A stretch of 52,668 nucleotides of DNA, counting the filler, from Streblomastix strix (Eukaryota), in assembly GCA_008636045.1 (NCBI GenBank). It is 2 parts of 2 records of this genome, joined end to end, with 100 filler letters (N's around TTAATTAATTAA, not from the genome) between each part and the next. Parts side by side here need not be neighbours in the genome. Positions count along the whole stretch, not along the records: positions 26,414 to 52,668 come from SNRW01000170.1; 1 more part is not named here. One strand, 5' to 3'. The position numbers and the translations under genes are program-made. The notes under the pieces are model-generated. The model worked only from the letters and a program-made list of their open reading frames with translations, did not search any database and was not told the DNA's origin. Position 1 is the first letter of the stretch. Each line of letters starts with the position of its first letter. Shown one piece after another: positions 51,259-52,668 of the stretch.

Positions 51259-52290
51259 ATGTAAAGAAATAATAATCCACATTCCTAATAGCAAATCTGC
51301 AAAGTCCGATAATTAATCACTAATGATATAACTTATTATGTCCAGTATTCGAAACGTGGAGGAAATTCATCAGGCGGCATGCTACAAAATGAAAATTATT
51401 AATTGTTTATAGATAATGATAGCACATTAGTTTATGCGGCTAATAATTAAATCGCAGATGAACAAGCATCAGATTTTGCATTAAAAATTGCCCAAGATTG
51501 ATTGCTTACGATAAAGAATTTAAAGGCTCTAAATTTTGATTTCGTCGCACAAATTAATCAATTAATTAATGAAGTAAATTAATTATAATCTACTGTTGGC
51601 TCTATTGATGCTGACATTGTTGAGGTAAAAAATGATTTAATAACTATGCACTAAGAGCTTGCGCTATAGCAGCATTTTAGGGGATATTATTTATTGAACA
51701 TAGATATAATTTCACTATCAAATTCCGCTGATGGAGATTTTGCATTCAGTGCCGAGAGCGGGACCATATGGATGTATGACACTAATTGGTACAATGGCGG
51801 ATAAGTAGTTCCTGATTAAGTTTCCTCCGCTAATGATAACACACCAATTGCAAATAGTGGCGCAGGTGTAGCTGGTACCAGCACTGATTACGCTAGAGGG
51901 GACTATTAGCATCCCCTTTAAGTCAACGAATAAATACCATCTAGAGATACAGGCACAGGAGCAGCGGGAACATCAACAGCATACTCTAGAGCTGACCATT
52001 AGTATATTTTGAATACAGATCCAACTGTCGCAAATATGCCACAAAAAGATTCAGGCACCAAAGACAATTGAAATTTAAATTATTATGCTAGGTCAAATCA
52101 TGTGCATCTTCTTAAAGTTGATCCCAATAGTGTCAATGTGCCTCTGGTAAATGCTACTGCTACCACTAATGGTAAGAGTGATTATTACTGTAGAAATGAC
52201 CATGTTCATCTCCAAATATTGACATATGACGGAAACATTCCCGCGACTAAATTTATTAAAACTGGAGGAACAGTTAATTACATATTGCTA
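51259..52290 (+). pseudogene. Fibre protein with coiled coil and phage-tail-fibre-like YARxDHxHP repeats, 3'-truncated
   Basis: Single frame with two TGAs: HFRGYY..DGDFAFSAESGTIWMY, GTSTDYARGDYQHP, GTSTAYSRADHQY, YYARSNHVH, YYCRNDHVH, ATKFIKTGGT. Confidence 0.75.
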
Positions 52291-52668
52291 AGACTGGTAA
52301 ATGGTATCAGAATATATATGCGATCATTGGACTTGTAGTTGAATTGGTGATACTTATTGCTGCCATTATTGTTATTGTTATTGCAGTTATTATATACAGG
52401 GAGGTATAACAATTATGAATATTTTCAATAAATTTAATTCATATTCATTTTATTTATTTATTTCACTATTTTATTAATAAAATAGAAGAAAATAAGATAT
52501 GGTTAATCTGGATCTGAAAGTGCCCCTCTTATCAAGAATAAATACAGGGGTTTTCCTTCATCTGTAACTTTGGTTTTTCTATGTGAACAGTACCTGAATT
52601 TAAATTTTATTAATTAATATTAATTAATCAATACAATTTAAATAAAATTATTTGAAAATTAACGTAAA

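Larger units (their letters stand above)
26414..52290. mobile_element. Decayed Maverick/Polinton-like endogenous virus region (parts of at least two related copies)
   Basis: Intronless, densely packed genes: pPolB, RVE integrase, A32 ATPase, capsid-like proteins, KilA-N and fibres. Outer TIRs not seen. Confidence 0.9.

Overview
AT-rich eukaryotic DNA that uses a non-canonical code (TAA/TAG = Gln, TGA the only stop), so the supplied standard-code ORF track fragments every real gene. The code, short GT-AG introns and the gene families suggest an oxymonad such as Streblomastix (inference). A 100-bp artificial spacer (26314-26413) joins two contigs. Contig A (1-26313) holds decayed host genes and two copies of a TIR-bounded element whose only recognisable gene is a protein-primed family B DNA polymerase (pPolB): one complete ~6.3-kb copy and one 5'-truncated copy. 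Contig B (26414-52668) is a decayed Maverick/Polinton-type endogenous virus region encoding pPolB, RVE integrase, A32 ATPase, two divergent major-capsid-like paralogues, a probable minor capsid protein, KilA-N, fibre-like proteins and amphipathic peptides. Most notable: an HNH/zinc-ribbon domain inserted between the exonuclease and polymerase domains of all three pPolBs, tandem IQ motifs in the solo pPolB, and a family of ~100-190-bp repeats in strictly alternating orientation that cut the viral gene set into inverted-repeat-bounded cassettes. All translations and alignments were done by eye, and ends of decayed genes are approximate.
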